DNA of 62,290 nt, filler included, from 8 parts of 8 records of this genome joined end to end with filler, not necessarily neighbours in it, one strand, 5' to 3'; shown: positions 1 to 9,604, numbered from the whole stretch's first letter. The notes: generated by a model from the letters alone, not told the origin. Made by a program: numbers and translations.

Positions 1-913
1 TTACCAACTCCTCAATGGCATCACCATCCGGCTTTACCTCCTCACAGAAGTCAAAGTGGGCGGTAGTAGTAGCACCACCAACCACCTTAGCTCCAGTTGA
101 GGCGTTACTAGTGCCACTCTCCGTACGCTTTAAGTCATTGCTACTGCCCTTTGCATCGGTGGTCGATTCCTTCTTCTTTCGTCCAAAGGAGCCAAAGAAA
201 CGCCGTACCGGTGACCTGTTCTTCTTCTTCTCATCAGCCGCTGAGGAGGCAGCCGCAGACTGTGCAGCAGGGGGTGCTGGAGTAACACTGGGAGTAGTAG
301 CGCACTTGGCTACCACGGTTTGATTCATTACACGACTAAGGCTGATAATTTGGGTAATGGCATCTAGAATGATGATATCCTTGGGGTTGGAGTGGAAATT
401 GGGAATAAGGCTCATCGACTCGACTATACCCTGTACATTATCTAACTGCCGACCCGATTCAATGAGGGCCGTCTTGGCCACGTCCTTATTCTCATTCTTG
501 GTCAGGGCACGATCGCCACCAAGTGCAGCATGCCTCTCCGACGCCAATTTAATAAACAGGTTATCAAACCGATGGGAGGAGAGCGTATCGAACACGGATT
601 GTAGCTGGCTAGTAATGGCTTCCTCCTTCTCAATCTCATGTTGGAGTAGCATCCAGGCATCGGATTGGCCTTCCCTTGTGGATTCATGGTCATTGATTAC
701 CCGCCGCTGTATCGCCATCTCCCTCCTCAACTTATCCACCACCTCCCTAAGTTCATCATTTTCATCTCGCAGGTCGTCGATTTCCTCTAACATCTTTTCG
801 TTATCCCGGATAAGTCCCCGGTTAAATTTAGCGAGCTGCTCTTGGTCTAGATCATCATCACTCATTACACTTCCTGCTGACCTCGCACGGTTCTGTGGTG
901 GACTGGACTCCAT
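1..913 (-). CDS. Eukaryotic hypothetical coiled-coil protein, 3'-truncated at the window edge and absent from the ORF track
   Basis: My manual translation from ATG at 913 (MESSPPQNRARSAGSVMSDDDLDQEQLAKFNRGLIRDNEKMLEEIDDLRDENDELREVVDKLRRE...) stays open for 304 codons to the window start. The N-terminal region is heptad-like and E/L-rich. The + ORFs 15..323 and 357..947 are its Ser-rich antisense shadows. Confidence 0.8.
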   Translation of the reverse strand, partial: MESSPPQNRARSAGSVMSDDDLDQEQLAKFNRGLIRDNEKMLEEIDDLRDENDELREVVDKLRREMAIQRRVINDHESTREGQSDAWMLLQHEIEKEEAITSQLQSVFDTLSSHRFDNLFIKLASERHAALGGDRALTKNENKDVAKTALIESGRQLDNVQGIVESMSLIPNFHSNPKDIIILDAITQIISLSRVMNQTVVAKCATTPSVTPAPPAAQSAAASSAADEKKKNRSPVRRFFGSFGRKKKESTTDAKGSSNDLKRTESGTSNASTGAKVVGGATTTAHFDFCEEVKPDGDAIEELV

Positions 914-1122
914 GTTGTTGTGCTGTGATAGTAGAAGCTGTTTGTAAGAATAACTTTGTAATGGAGCGAAAATGTATCTTTTCTTAAAGGGGGCGTTCTG
1001 TATTTTGAAAGTTGGAAATAAATGTCGTACAATTTACAAAGCAAGAGCAAAAATTGCAACAGCATTCAGTTATTTGGTGAAATTGTTGTGTAAGTATTAC
1101 TTTCGTGTGTGTGTGTGTCCCT

Positions 1123-1461
1123 CTAATAAGATCCGAACGCCGTCCTTACGTCAACCTTCTTCTTGTTGTACATGGCAGGCTTATGCTGGTGCATGGGGAA
1201 CATCTTCTTATTTTGGGAAGTATCCCCTCCTGGCCTACTACTACGACCCTCCTCAGCAGGGTACAGGCCCTTAAACCTGGGTACCCTTATGCTATACTTA
1301 AGGGGCTGGGATAGAGCTAGGATATACTCAGGATCCTCCCCCAACTCCTCAGCCACAGCATCGCAACTATAACGACCTCTACGGTCCGATTTGGCGGCGA
1401 AGTAGTTAGGGTAGACGTTGGAGGTGGGAGTCACCAACATAACAAGGGAACGGCGCATCAT
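1123..1461 (-). CDS. Small (112 aa) eukaryotic protein with a probable kinetoplastid-type mitochondrial targeting peptide
   Basis: The first ATG in the frame is at 1461 (MMRRSLVML...). A short M-R-R-hydrophobic N-terminus is typical of kinetoplastid mitochondrial presequences. The gene is flanked by AT-rich intergenic DNA and lies on the same strand as its neighbours. Confidence 0.6.
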   Translation of the reverse strand: MMRRSLVMLVTPTSNVYPNYFAAKSDRRGRYSCDAVAEELGEDPEYILALSQPLKYSIRVPRFKGLYPAEEGRSSRPGGDTSQNKKMFPMHQHKPAMYNKKKVDVRTAFGSY

Positions 1462-1659
1462 GTATAGTGTCGCTGTGTTTGCTAAAACTAAATTGTTAAA
1501 ATGCTTAACTATCAACACGAAGGGAGGGATAATCGTATAAGACTGAAACGTGACCCGAACATTCAAATAATAAAAACAAGCTAGAAGAATTTGAAAGTGA
1601 CAACTGTTTCAAAAAAAATTAAGCGATATATAAATATATAATACACAAACCCCTCATCT

Positions 1660-2661
1660 TTATTCAAAGTCCATGGGGGATGGTATAGACCGTTTGGCGG
1701 TGCTACTGCTTCTAAAGGAGGCATCCATGTCGTCTAGTAGCAGCAAGTCCTCGGGGGCTATGTTAAGGGATGGTGGTGACGATAGGGATGATATGTAGGG
1801 ACTATTCCCCTCGTCCTCATCGTCATAACTACCCCCACCACAACCACCAAAGCCGCCAGAAGTAGCGTTGTCTCCGTCGTGGGGAGTGTTCATAAACTCA
1901 GGGGATCCGGGAGTTTCACTTTCAGAGGAAAGACGGCTACTGCGGTCCCCTCTTCTAGAAGTAGCACGGTCCTCGTGTAGGTAGCATGCTGCTGCCACCG
2001 CCCCATCACTGCTTGTACCGAATAGGTCTAACTCCGTTTGACGAGCCATCCTCTTCACTGCCCGTAGTAACAGCTTCCTCTCGGCCCTCTGTGTAGCCTT
2101 GGTGTACGATTTCGGCTTTGAGTATTGGGATAGGGGTGCGAAGGCGTCGAGTAGGGACTCCGCCATTGCATCGCCCCCACTCCCTTCTACAACAGGGGGT
2201 ACAACCACCTTGGGGAGAGCAGTGGCTGATGTAGTAGTAGTAGTAGTAGCCTTGTAATGCTCACTCTCAGACCCGTTGCTAGAGGATGAGCTTCCACCAC
2301 CATGCTCCTTCACCCGTGCCCAGTAGTAGGGGTGAAGCCTGTCTGCTACCATCAACACCTCTGGATCCGCCCTCGCCTTCATCAGACCATGATGAACGAT
2401 AAAATGGGTTCCATTATTGAGGAACCTCTGTGCTACATTAACACCTGGTGTCCGACCATCCGCTACCTTAAACCGCGCAGTGGGGCCCCCTTGGTGGTTT
2501 GCACTTCCGTTTGTGGCAGAGTTCCAAGATACGGGTACAAAGTCGTTAACGGGCAGTACGCCCTCCACAGCATCATCCCACTCCGATAACCACGTATCAA
2601 GAGGCAAAAGGGAGCGAGGATCCAACACAGGAGCAGCAGATGAAGTTGGTGATAATAGGGA
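1660..2661 (-). CDS. Eukaryotic hypothetical protein, 5'-truncated at the contig edge
   Basis: The frame is open from the contig edge (SLLSPTSSAAPVLDPR...) to the stop at 1660. It contains poly-T/S/G low-complexity tracts and is followed by an AT-rich 3' region. Confidence 0.7.
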   Translation of the reverse strand, partial: SLLSPTSSAAPVLDPRSLLPLDTWLSEWDDAVEGVLPVNDFVPVSWNSATNGSANHQGGPTARFKVADGRTPGVNVAQRFLNNGTHFIVHHGLMKARADPEVLMVADRLHPYYWARVKEHGGGSSSSSNGSESEHYKATTTTTTSATALPKVVVPPVVEGSGGDAMAESLLDAFAPLSQYSKPKSYTKATQRAERKLLLRAVKRMARQTELDLFGTSSDGAVAAACYLHEDRATSRRGDRSSRLSSESETPGSPEFMNTPHDGDNATSGGFGGCGGGSYDDEDEGNSPYISSLSSPPSLNIAPEDLLLLDDMDASFRSSSTAKRSIPSPMDFE

Positions 2662-2761
2662 NNNNNNNNNNNNNNNNNNNNNNNNNNNNNNNNNNNNNNN
2701 NNNNNTTAATTAATTAANNNNNNNNNNNNNNNNNNNNNNNNNNNNNNNNNNNNNNNNNNNN
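2662..2761. other. Artificial contig spacer; others at 13542-13641, 23389-23488, 32214-32313, 36008-36107, 50484-50583 and 54046-54145
   Basis: Each is exactly N44-TTAATTAATTAA-N44, a linker with stops in all six frames. Genes are cut mid-frame on either side and composition changes abruptly. Confidence 0.98.
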
Positions 2762-3560
2762 CGACATCTACGATTTCGCCGAAGCGCAGGGCTTCGAGAT
2801 CGACGGCATCACGCAAGAGGGCGGCGCGGGGCAGTTGGAGATCAACCTGCGCCACGGCGATCCGGTGAAACTGGCCGACGAGGTGTTCTTCTTCAAACGC
2901 CTGATCCGCGAGGCCGCCCTGCGCCACGACTGCTTTGCCACCTTCATGGCCAAGCCGATCGCCGAGGAGCCGGGCAGCGCGATGCATATCCATCACTCGA
3001 TCCTGGATATCGAGACCGGGCAGAACATCTTTTCCGGCCCGCAGGGTGGCGAGACGGATGCGTTCTTCAACTTTCTGGGGGGGATGCAGAAACACCTGCC
3101 CGCCGCCATCGCGGTCATGGCCCCTTACGTGAACAGCTATCGCCGTTATGTGCGCGATCACGCGGCACCGATCAACCTGGCCTGGGGGCGCGACAACCGC
3201 ACCACCGGCATCCGCGTGCCGCTGTCAGGCCCGGACAGCCGCCGGATCGAAAACCGGCTGGCGGGGATGGATTGCAACCCCTATCTGGGCATCGCGGCCA
3301 GTCTGGCCTGCGGCTATCTGGGCTTGATGAACGAGGAATGGCCCGACAAGCAGTTCAAGGGCGACGCCTATGAAAGCGAAGAGGACATTCCGCGGGTGCT
3401 GGGCCAGGCGCTGGACATCTTCGACACTGCGACCGAGATGCACGACGTGCTGGGACCGGAATTTGCCCGCGTCTATGCCATCGTGAAGCGCGCCGAATAC
3501 GAGGAATTCCTGCAGGTGATCAGCCCGTGGGAGCGGGAACACCTGTTGCTGAACGTATAG
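2762..3560 (+). CDS. Glutamine synthetase family protein (gamma-glutamyl-amine/polyamine ligase, PuuA-like), 5'-partial
   Basis: GS catalytic motifs ATFMAKP, PGSAMHIHHS, NSYRR, WGRDNRT and RIENRLAGMDCNPYL; C-terminal VISPWEREHLLLNV; adjacent to a PuuB-like oxidase. Confidence 0.9.
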
Positions 3561-3569
3561 CGCCAGAGG

Positions 3570-3650
3570 GGTTTCGCCGCGCGATGCGCGGCGACCGGGT
3601 GGGGGGCCGGCCCCCCACACCCCACGGGACTTTTGTCCACAGAGGAAATG
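3570..3650 (+). repeat. Intergenic palindromic (REP-like) repeat, copy 1
   Basis: Hairpin TCGCCGCGC-GAT-GCGCGGCGA followed by GGGGGGCCGGCCCCCCACACCCCACGG...AGAGGAA. This matches the reverse complement of 13497-13541. Confidence 0.7.
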
Positions 3651-3663
3651 GAAAGGCGTTGTC

Positions 3664-4968
3664 TTGAACCTGCTCTATTCCAATGACCGCAAGGGAACCT
3701 ATCCCGACAGCTGGTACGCCGCCACGGCGCATGACGCGCCTGTGCGCCCGGCGTTGCACGGCGAGGTCAGGGCCGATGTCTGCGTGGTTGGGGCCGGGTT
3801 TACCGGGCTGTCCACCGCGCTGCACCTGGCCGAACGGGGCGTGGATGTGGTGCTGCTGGATGCGCATCGCGTTGGCTTTGGCGCGTCGGGGCGCAATGGC
3901 GGGCAGCTGGGCAGCGGGCAACGACAGGATCAGGAGGCGCTGATCCGGATGGTGGGGCACGACGACGCCCGTCATCTGTGGCGTCTGGGCGAAGAGGCCA
4001 AGCAGGTGGTACGCGGGTTGATCGACCGGCACGGGATCGACTGCGACTATCGCCCCGGCGTGGCCTGGACCGGGTTTTCCGAGCGTGAAACCCGCGATCT
4101 GCATGGCTATGCCGATCTTCTGGAGCGTGAATACGGCTATACCGCTATCGAGCGGCTGGACGCTGCCGCCTGTCATGCGCTGTGCCCCTCGCCTGCCTAC
4201 AAGGGCGGGATACTGGACATGGGCGCGGGGCATCTGCACCCTCTGAATTTTGCGCTGGGGCTGGCGCGCGCCGCCGAAGCGGCGGGCGTGCGGATATTCG
4301 AGGGCACCCATGTGCACGGCATCGACGATGGCCGCCCCGCGACGGTGCGCTGCGATCAGGGCCGTGTGGTGGCCGAAACGGTGGTGCTGGCTGCCAATGG
4401 CTACTTGGGTGGGCTGAACCGCAAGGTGGCCGCGCGGGTCATGCCGATCAACAATTTCGTGGTGGCGACCGAGCCGTTGGGCCCCCGCGCCGCCGAGGTG
4501 CTGACCCGCGACGTGGCGGTGTCCGACAGCAAGTTCGTGGTGAATTATTTCCGCCTGTCACGCGACAAACGGCTGCTGTTCGGCGGCGGAGAAAGCTATG
4601 GCTACCGGTTTCCGCGCGATATCGCCGCCAAGGTGCGCAAGCCGATGCTGGAGATTTTCCCGCACCTGGCGGATGTGCGGATCGATCACGCCTGGGGCGG
4701 CACGCTGGCCATCACCATGAAACGCCTGCCCTTTCTGGGACGGGTGGGGGGAAACGTGCTGTCTGCCTCGGGTTATTCGGGGCATGGGGTGGGCACTGCC
4801 ACCCATGCCGGGTTACTGATGGCGCAGGCGATCACGGGTCAAAGCACCGGATTCGACGCGATGGCGCGGCTGCCTGTGCCACGGTTTCCCGGCGGGCCCG
4901 CGTTCCGCACACCGCTGCTGACGCTGGCGATGACGTGGTTTTCCCTGCGCGACCGGCTGGGCATCTAA
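3664..4968 (+). CDS. FAD-dependent oxidoreductase (gamma-glutamylputrescine oxidase PuuB/OrdL-like)
   Basis: Motifs ADVCVVGAGFTGLS (Rossmann), GASGRNGG, HLHPLNF and GYSGHGV; directly downstream of the GS-family gene. Confidence 0.88.
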   Translation: MNLLYSNDRKGTYPDSWYAATAHDAPVRPALHGEVRADVCVVGAGFTGLSTALHLAERGVDVVLLDAHRVGFGASGRNGGQLGSGQRQDQEALIRMVGHDDARHLWRLGEEAKQVVRGLIDRHGIDCDYRPGVAWTGFSERETRDLHGYADLLEREYGYTAIERLDAAACHALCPSPAYKGGILDMGAGHLHPLNFALGLARAAEAAGVRIFEGTHVHGIDDGRPATVRCDQGRVVAETVVLAANGYLGGLNRKVAARVMPINNFVVATEPLGPRAAEVLTRDVAVSDSKFVVNYFRLSRDKRLLFGGGESYGYRFPRDIAAKVRKPMLEIFPHLADVRIDHAWGGTLAITMKRLPFLGRVGGNVLSASGYSGHGVGTATHAGLLMAQAITGQSTGFDAMARLPVPRFPGGPAFRTPLLTLAMTWFSLRDRLGI

Positions 4969-5091
4969 GGGTTTCCCGCAACAGAACTGCGCCAAAATCA
5001 GCCTGCGACCAGGTGCGCAGGCTGCCGGGGCTTGTTTTTCGACACGATGTCTTTAGAAATCCTGAAAACATCCTTCAGGAAAGCCGAAAGC

Positions 5092-6291
5092 ATGAGCATC
5101 GCCCCAAACGTCTATGACGCCGAGCCGATCCCCCCTGCCGCCCGGGCCGAAATCGAGCGCCTGCTGCAATCGGGCGACCTGTTTCGCTATACCGCGCCCG
5201 CAGATGCACCGGTGTCCCTGCTGGAACAGGAGTTCGCGGCGCTGCTGGGGGCCAAGTATGCGCTGGCGGTATCGTCCTGTTCGGCGGCGTTGTTTCTGTC
5301 GCTCAAGGCGTTGAACCTGCCGCGCGGGGCAAAGGTGCTGATCCCGGCGTTCACATTCGCCGCCGTGCCTTCGTCGATCGTGCATGCCGATTGCACGCCG
5401 ATCCTGTGCGAGGTGGGCGAGGATTACCGCATCGACCTGGCCGATTTTCACGCCAAGATCGCGCAGGCGGACGCCGTGATGATCAGCCATATGCGTGGCC
5501 ATACCAGTGACATGGACGCGATCATGGCCGCCGCGCGCGCGCATGGCCTGCCGGTGATCGAGGATGCGGCCCATTCGCTGGGCACCGTCTGGGACGGGCG
5601 CAACATCGGCACCATCGGGCAGATCGGCTGTTTCAGCTTTCAGTCCTACAAGCTGCTGAACAGTGGCGAGGGCGGCATCCTGATCACCGACGATCCCGAT
5701 ATCCTGGCCCGGGCCGTCATCATGTCGGGCGCGTATGAGCATAACTGGCGCAAGCACGGCACTGATCCGGCGCTTGAAGCCGCGTTTGCCCGTCATCAGA
5801 ACCAGTTTCCGCTTTATAACCTGCGGCTGGGCAACCTGTCGGCGGCAGTGGTGCGCGCGCAACTGGCCGAGGTCGCGCGCCGGGTGCGCGATGGCCGCCG
5901 CAACCATGACCATGTGGCCGCGCAGCTGAACCTGTCGCCCTGGATCGTGGTGCCCGACAAGCTGGCCAAGGAGCAACGCGCGCCGGATTCGATTCAGTTC
6001 AACCTGCTTGGCATGGGCGATGACGAGGTGCGCGACTTTGCCGAGGCCGCCGCCGCGCGCGGGGTCAAGGTCCAGGTGTTCGGCCTGAGCACCGACAACG
6101 CCCGCGCTTATTGGAACTGGCAATTCCTGTCCGACTTGCCCGATCTGCCGCAAACCCGTGCGATGCTGATGCGGGCCTGCGACGTGCGCCTGCCCGCGCG
6201 GCTGACGCCAGACGAGTGCGATTTCGTGGCCGATGCGCTGATCCGTGCGGCACAGGACATCAAGGGCAACCTGCGCGCGACGGGAACCTGA
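5092..6291 (+). CDS. DegT/DnrJ/EryC1/StrS family PLP-dependent aminotransferase
   Basis: Motifs PAFTFAAVP, IEDAAHSLG and SFQSYKLLNSGEGG (PLP lysine). Start placed at ATG 5092 (MSIAPNV). Confidence 0.88.
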   Translation: MSIAPNVYDAEPIPPAARAEIERLLQSGDLFRYTAPADAPVSLLEQEFAALLGAKYALAVSSCSAALFLSLKALNLPRGAKVLIPAFTFAAVPSSIVHADCTPILCEVGEDYRIDLADFHAKIAQADAVMISHMRGHTSDMDAIMAAARAHGLPVIEDAAHSLGTVWDGRNIGTIGQIGCFSFQSYKLLNSGEGGILITDDPDILARAVIMSGAYEHNWRKHGTDPALEAAFARHQNQFPLYNLRLGNLSAAVVRAQLAEVARRVRDGRRNHDHVAAQLNLSPWIVVPDKLAKEQRAPDSIQFNLLGMGDDEVRDFAEAAAARGVKVQVFGLSTDNARAYWNWQFLSDLPDLPQTRAMLMRACDVRLPARLTPDECDFVADALIRAAQDIKGNLRATGT

Positions 6292-6354
6292 CGCGCCGCG
6301 CTTGCCAAACCGCCGCGTCCTGCTCATCCTGCGTGAAAACACGGAAGGGTGATC

Positions 6355-7257
6355 ATGGCGGATATGTCCAAGGGCGCGGCGTGGATGGCGGGGGAAATCC
6401 TGCCCATCGGCGAGGCAAAGATGAGCGTGATGGATTGGGGGCTGACCCATTCCGATGTCACGTATGACGTTGTTCCAGTCTGGAAAGGCGGGTTCTTTCG
6501 CCTGGATGACTACATGGACCGCTTTCTGGAAAGCCTGGCGGCCATGCGGCTGGACCCGGGGTTGAACCGCGCACAGATGGTGCAGGCTTTGACCGAAATG
6601 ATGGCTGCCAGCGGATTGCAGGATGCCTATTGCGCGATGGTCTGCGCGCGTGGCGTGCCGTTGATCCCCGGCAGCCGCGATCCGCGCGAATGTGGCAACC
6701 ACTTCTTCGCCTGGTGCGTGCCTTATGTGCATGTGATCCCGTTCGAGGTGGCCGAGGCGGGCGCTACCGCGCTGATTCCCGACAGCCCCCGCCGGATCCC
6801 GCAGGACAGCGTGAATCCGCGCGCCAAGAATTACCACTGGGGCGATTTCACCGACGGGCTGTTTCAGGCCAAGGATGCCGGGTTCAATACCGTGATCCTG
6901 CTGGATCATGCGGGCAACGTGACCGAGGGGCCGGGGTTCAACGTCTTTGCGATCAAGGATGACCGGGTGGTGACATCCGGGCATGGCGTTCTGGGCGGCA
7001 TCACCCGGCGCACGGTTCTGGAAATGGTGGCCGAGCGCGGGATGCAGACCGAAGAACGCCCCCTGCCGCTCGAGGAATTCCTTGAGGCGGACGAGGTGTT
7101 CCTGTCCTCGTCAGGCGGCGGCGTTACCCCTGTGGTGCGTGTGGGGGACCGTGTGTTCGGCAATGGCGCGCCGGGGCCGGTGGCCAGCGCGCTGCGCCGG
7201 ACCTATTTCGAGTGGCTGGACGCGCCGCGGTTCCGCACCGAAATCGCCTACGCCTAG
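6355..7257 (+). CDS. Fold-type IV PLP aminotransferase, (R)-selective amine transaminase-like
   Basis: Motifs GLTHSDVTYDVVPVWKG-FFRLDD, AKNYHWGDF (catalytic Lys), TEGPGFN, LGGITR and ADEVFLSSSGGG. Confidence 0.85.
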   Translation: MADMSKGAAWMAGEILPIGEAKMSVMDWGLTHSDVTYDVVPVWKGGFFRLDDYMDRFLESLAAMRLDPGLNRAQMVQALTEMMAASGLQDAYCAMVCARGVPLIPGSRDPRECGNHFFAWCVPYVHVIPFEVAEAGATALIPDSPRRIPQDSVNPRAKNYHWGDFTDGLFQAKDAGFNTVILLDHAGNVTEGPGFNVFAIKDDRVVTSGHGVLGGITRRTVLEMVAERGMQTEERPLPLEEFLEADEVFLSSSGGGVTPVVRVGDRVFGNGAPGPVASALRRTYFEWLDAPRFRTEIAYA

Positions 7258-8003
7258 GGCACATCGCCCTCGGCCAGCCGCTTGCGTTCATCCTCCAGCA
7301 TGCGGGGGGCGTGGCGGCTGGCATGCAGCGCCTCGGGCAGGTCGGCCCCGTCCAGCGTGGCCCGGGCAAACCGCGCCAGCGCATAGCTGGAAACCGTGAC
7401 CACCCCGGCCAGTGCGGCGCGGGCCAATGCATGCACCGACAGCATCAGGCCCTGCGATCCCAGCACAGCCGCGCCAGGGGCCGGCTGGCCGTTGGCATTG
7501 GCCTCGCAGGCGGTCGCGTCGGTGGAAAAATACGCCCGGCACAGCATCGGGCGCGCGTCATAGGCACGGCACATCCGGCTCTCAGGGTCCAGCACCGGGC
7601 AGGCATCGCGGTGCCAGCCGCTGCCATCGGGCTGCCCGCGCAAGCCCACCAGCGCGGGGTGCAGCGCGCGTGCCTCGACCGCCAGAATGGTGCCGCCATC
7701 CTCGCCCGGCAGAAGGCAGCAAAAGGCGCAGCCGGACGCGCAAGCCGCGCGCAACAGAGCGTCAGGCGGGTTGGCCCCGATACGCTGCAACTCGGCCGCG
7801 CCGATGGTGCGGGCGGCAGCGCCGGATTTCAGCGCGCGCAGCACCTCGTCGACCGGCACACCCTGTGCCATCGCCGCATCCAGCCAGACCAGTAGCAAGG
7901 ATTTCGCACGCTCCTGCTGCTTGCCCCGCACCCGCAGCGCGTCGACACGGGTGCGCAGTGTTGGCAGATCGCGCGGTTTGCCAAACGGTTTTCGCGGGGC
8001 CAT
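7254..8003 (-). CDS. YkgJ-family (CxxCxxCC) cysteine-cluster protein
   Basis: Motifs ACASGCAFCC, CPVLD...CRAYDARPMLCRAY; AGGAG RBS upstream. Confidence 0.8.
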   Translation of the reverse strand: MAPRKPFGKPRDLPTLRTRVDALRVRGKQQERAKSLLLVWLDAAMAQGVPVDEVLRALKSGAAARTIGAAELQRIGANPPDALLRAACASGCAFCCLLPGEDGGTILAVEARALHPALVGLRGQPDGSGWHRDACPVLDPESRMCRAYDARPMLCRAYFSTDATACEANANGQPAPGAAVLGSQGLMLSVHALARAALAGVVTVSSYALARFARATLDGADLPEALHASRHAPRMLEDERKRLAEGDVP

Positions 8004-8021
8004 CAAGATGCTCCTGTGTGG

Positions 8022-8996
8022 TCAATGCATGGTGATCACGTCGGCCATGAACGGATAGGCCGCCAGCGCCGGATCAATCGCCCCGGTCTGCAAAAGCGGT
8101 TTCAGCTCGGCCGCAACCCGCGCGGGCATGTCGTGGAATATCCCCTTGCGGGCGGTCAGAGTGATGGTGCGCGTCAACGGTGCCAGTGGCAGCGGCAGCA
8201 CATCCAGCAGATCGGCATAGCGCCGCGCGCGCATGAGGGCCAGCGGCGTCAGGATGGTCCAGCCCACGCCCTGCCCGACCATGGCAAGGATCGCGTGATA
8301 ACTGTCCAGCTCGAACCGATAGGTCAGCGCAAGGTTCTGCCGCGCCAGATGCGAGGCGATCAGCCGCCCCATGTGATGCCGGGTGGTATATTGAACCATC
8401 GGCAGCGCCCCAAGCTGGGCCAGCACATCCGCATCCGTGCCGCCGGTTTGCACCACCCCGCGCGGGGCGGCGACGACGAAGCCTTCGGTCAGGATCGGAT
8501 GCAACTCCATCCACTCGGCCTCGGCCCCCATTTCGGCCGCCACGATCATGTCCAGCGCACGGGCGTCCAGCAGATCGTGCAGGTAATGGCTGGCCCCGGT
8601 TTCCAGCAGGAACTGACTGCTTTTCAGATCGCCCGCCAACGCGGTCAGCAACCGGGGCGTCACGTCGGCCTCGAAATCCTCGATCATGCCAAGACGGAAC
8701 CGGGTCAGGCTGCTCATGTCGGCCATTGCCAGTTCGGCACGCGCCAGCGCCGCCTCGTTCAGGATGGCACCCGCGCGGCGGCGAAATATCTCACCTGCCG
8801 GGGTCAGCGACACAGGCCGCGTGTTGCGGTGCAGCAAGACCGAGCCAATGGCCCCTTCCAGGTTGGTCAACTGCTGGCTGACCGCCGAGGGGCTGGCCCC
8901 CAACCGCCGGGCCGCGGCGGAAATGCTGCCCTCTTCGGCAGTGGCAACGAATACCTCGACCCCCCAGAGGGTGATCCGGCCAGGGCTGTCCACCAT
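8022..8996 (-). CDS. LysR family transcriptional regulator
   Basis: N-terminal HTH (GSISAAARRLGASPSAVSQQLTNLE...LTPAGE) and C-terminal effector domain (AMVGQGVGWTIL). Confidence 0.92.
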   Translation of the reverse strand: MVDSPGRITLWGVEVFVATAEEGSISAAARRLGASPSAVSQQLTNLEGAIGSVLLHRNTRPVSLTPAGEIFRRRAGAILNEAALARAELAMADMSSLTRFRLGMIEDFEADVTPRLLTALAGDLKSSQFLLETGASHYLHDLLDARALDMIVAAEMGAEAEWMELHPILTEGFVVAAPRGVVQTGGTDADVLAQLGALPMVQYTTRHHMGRLIASHLARQNLALTYRFELDSYHAILAMVGQGVGWTILTPLALMRARRYADLLDVLPLPLAPLTRTITLTARKGIFHDMPARVAAELKPLLQTGAIDPALAAYPFMADVITMH

Positions 8997-9002
8997 CGCC
9001 GG

Positions 9003-9575
9003 TTACTTGCCCATCTTGGACAGTTTCGCCTGCAACTCGGCCAGTTGCTTCTTGATGGTTTCCAGATCCTCGGGATCGTCCTGCGCGGGCTTGTCTGCCT
9101 TGGTGGTCGCGTCCTTTTCCGGGCCGCTCCACTGGTTGGACATGCCGCCGGTCATCGCCTTCAGGAACGCCTGCTGCTGTGCCTGCAAGGCCTCGAACCC
9201 CGGCATCTGGGCCATCGGGTTCACGCGCACCATCTTTTCCATCATCTTGGACTGGCTGTCGTGCAGCATCTCGAACGACGCTTGCAGGAAATGTGGCACG
9301 ATCGACCCGGCCTGCGTGGTGTAGGACCGCACCAGATCGGTCAGCACGTTGACCGGCAGCATGGTTTCGCCCCGGCTTTCGTGTTCTGCGATGATTTGCA
9401 ACAGGTACTGCCGCGTCAGGTCGTCGCCGGATTTCAGATCGACGATCTGCACTTCGCGGCCTTCACGAATGAACCCCGCGATATCTTCCAGCGTGACGTA
9501 GTCGCTGGTCTCGGTGTTATAGAGCCTGCGGCTCGCATAGCGTTTGATCAGCAGCGTTTTCTTGTCGTCGGCCAA
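9003..9575 (-). CDS. phaR: Polyhydroxyalkanoate synthesis repressor PhaR
   Basis: Motifs LIKRYASRRLYNTETSDYVTLEDI and DDLTRQYLLQII; TTG start with GGGAGG RBS; within the pha cluster. Confidence 0.95.
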   Translation of the reverse strand: MADDKKTLLIKRYASRRLYNTETSDYVTLEDIAGFIREGREVQIVDLKSGDDLTRQYLLQIIAEHESRGETMLPVNVLTDLVRSYTTQAGSIVPHFLQASFEMLHDSQSKMMEKMVRVNPMAQMPGFEALQAQQQAFLKAMTGGMSNQWSGPEKDATTKADKPAQDDPEDLETIKKQLAELQAKLSKMGK

Positions 9576-9590
9576 TACATGACCCTCCCA

Positions 9591-9604
9591 ATGCAGCGGT
9601 GCAG
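9591..9604 (-). promoter_or_regulatory. Probable PhaR autoregulatory box
   Basis: The minus strand reads CTGC-ACC-GCTG, one mismatch from CTGC-N3-GCAG, immediately upstream of phaR. Confidence 0.5.

Noticed and set aside
1105-1118. (GT)7 microsatellite
   Set aside because: It is a short dinucleotide run typical of kinetoplastid UTR/intergenic DNA, with no further structure.
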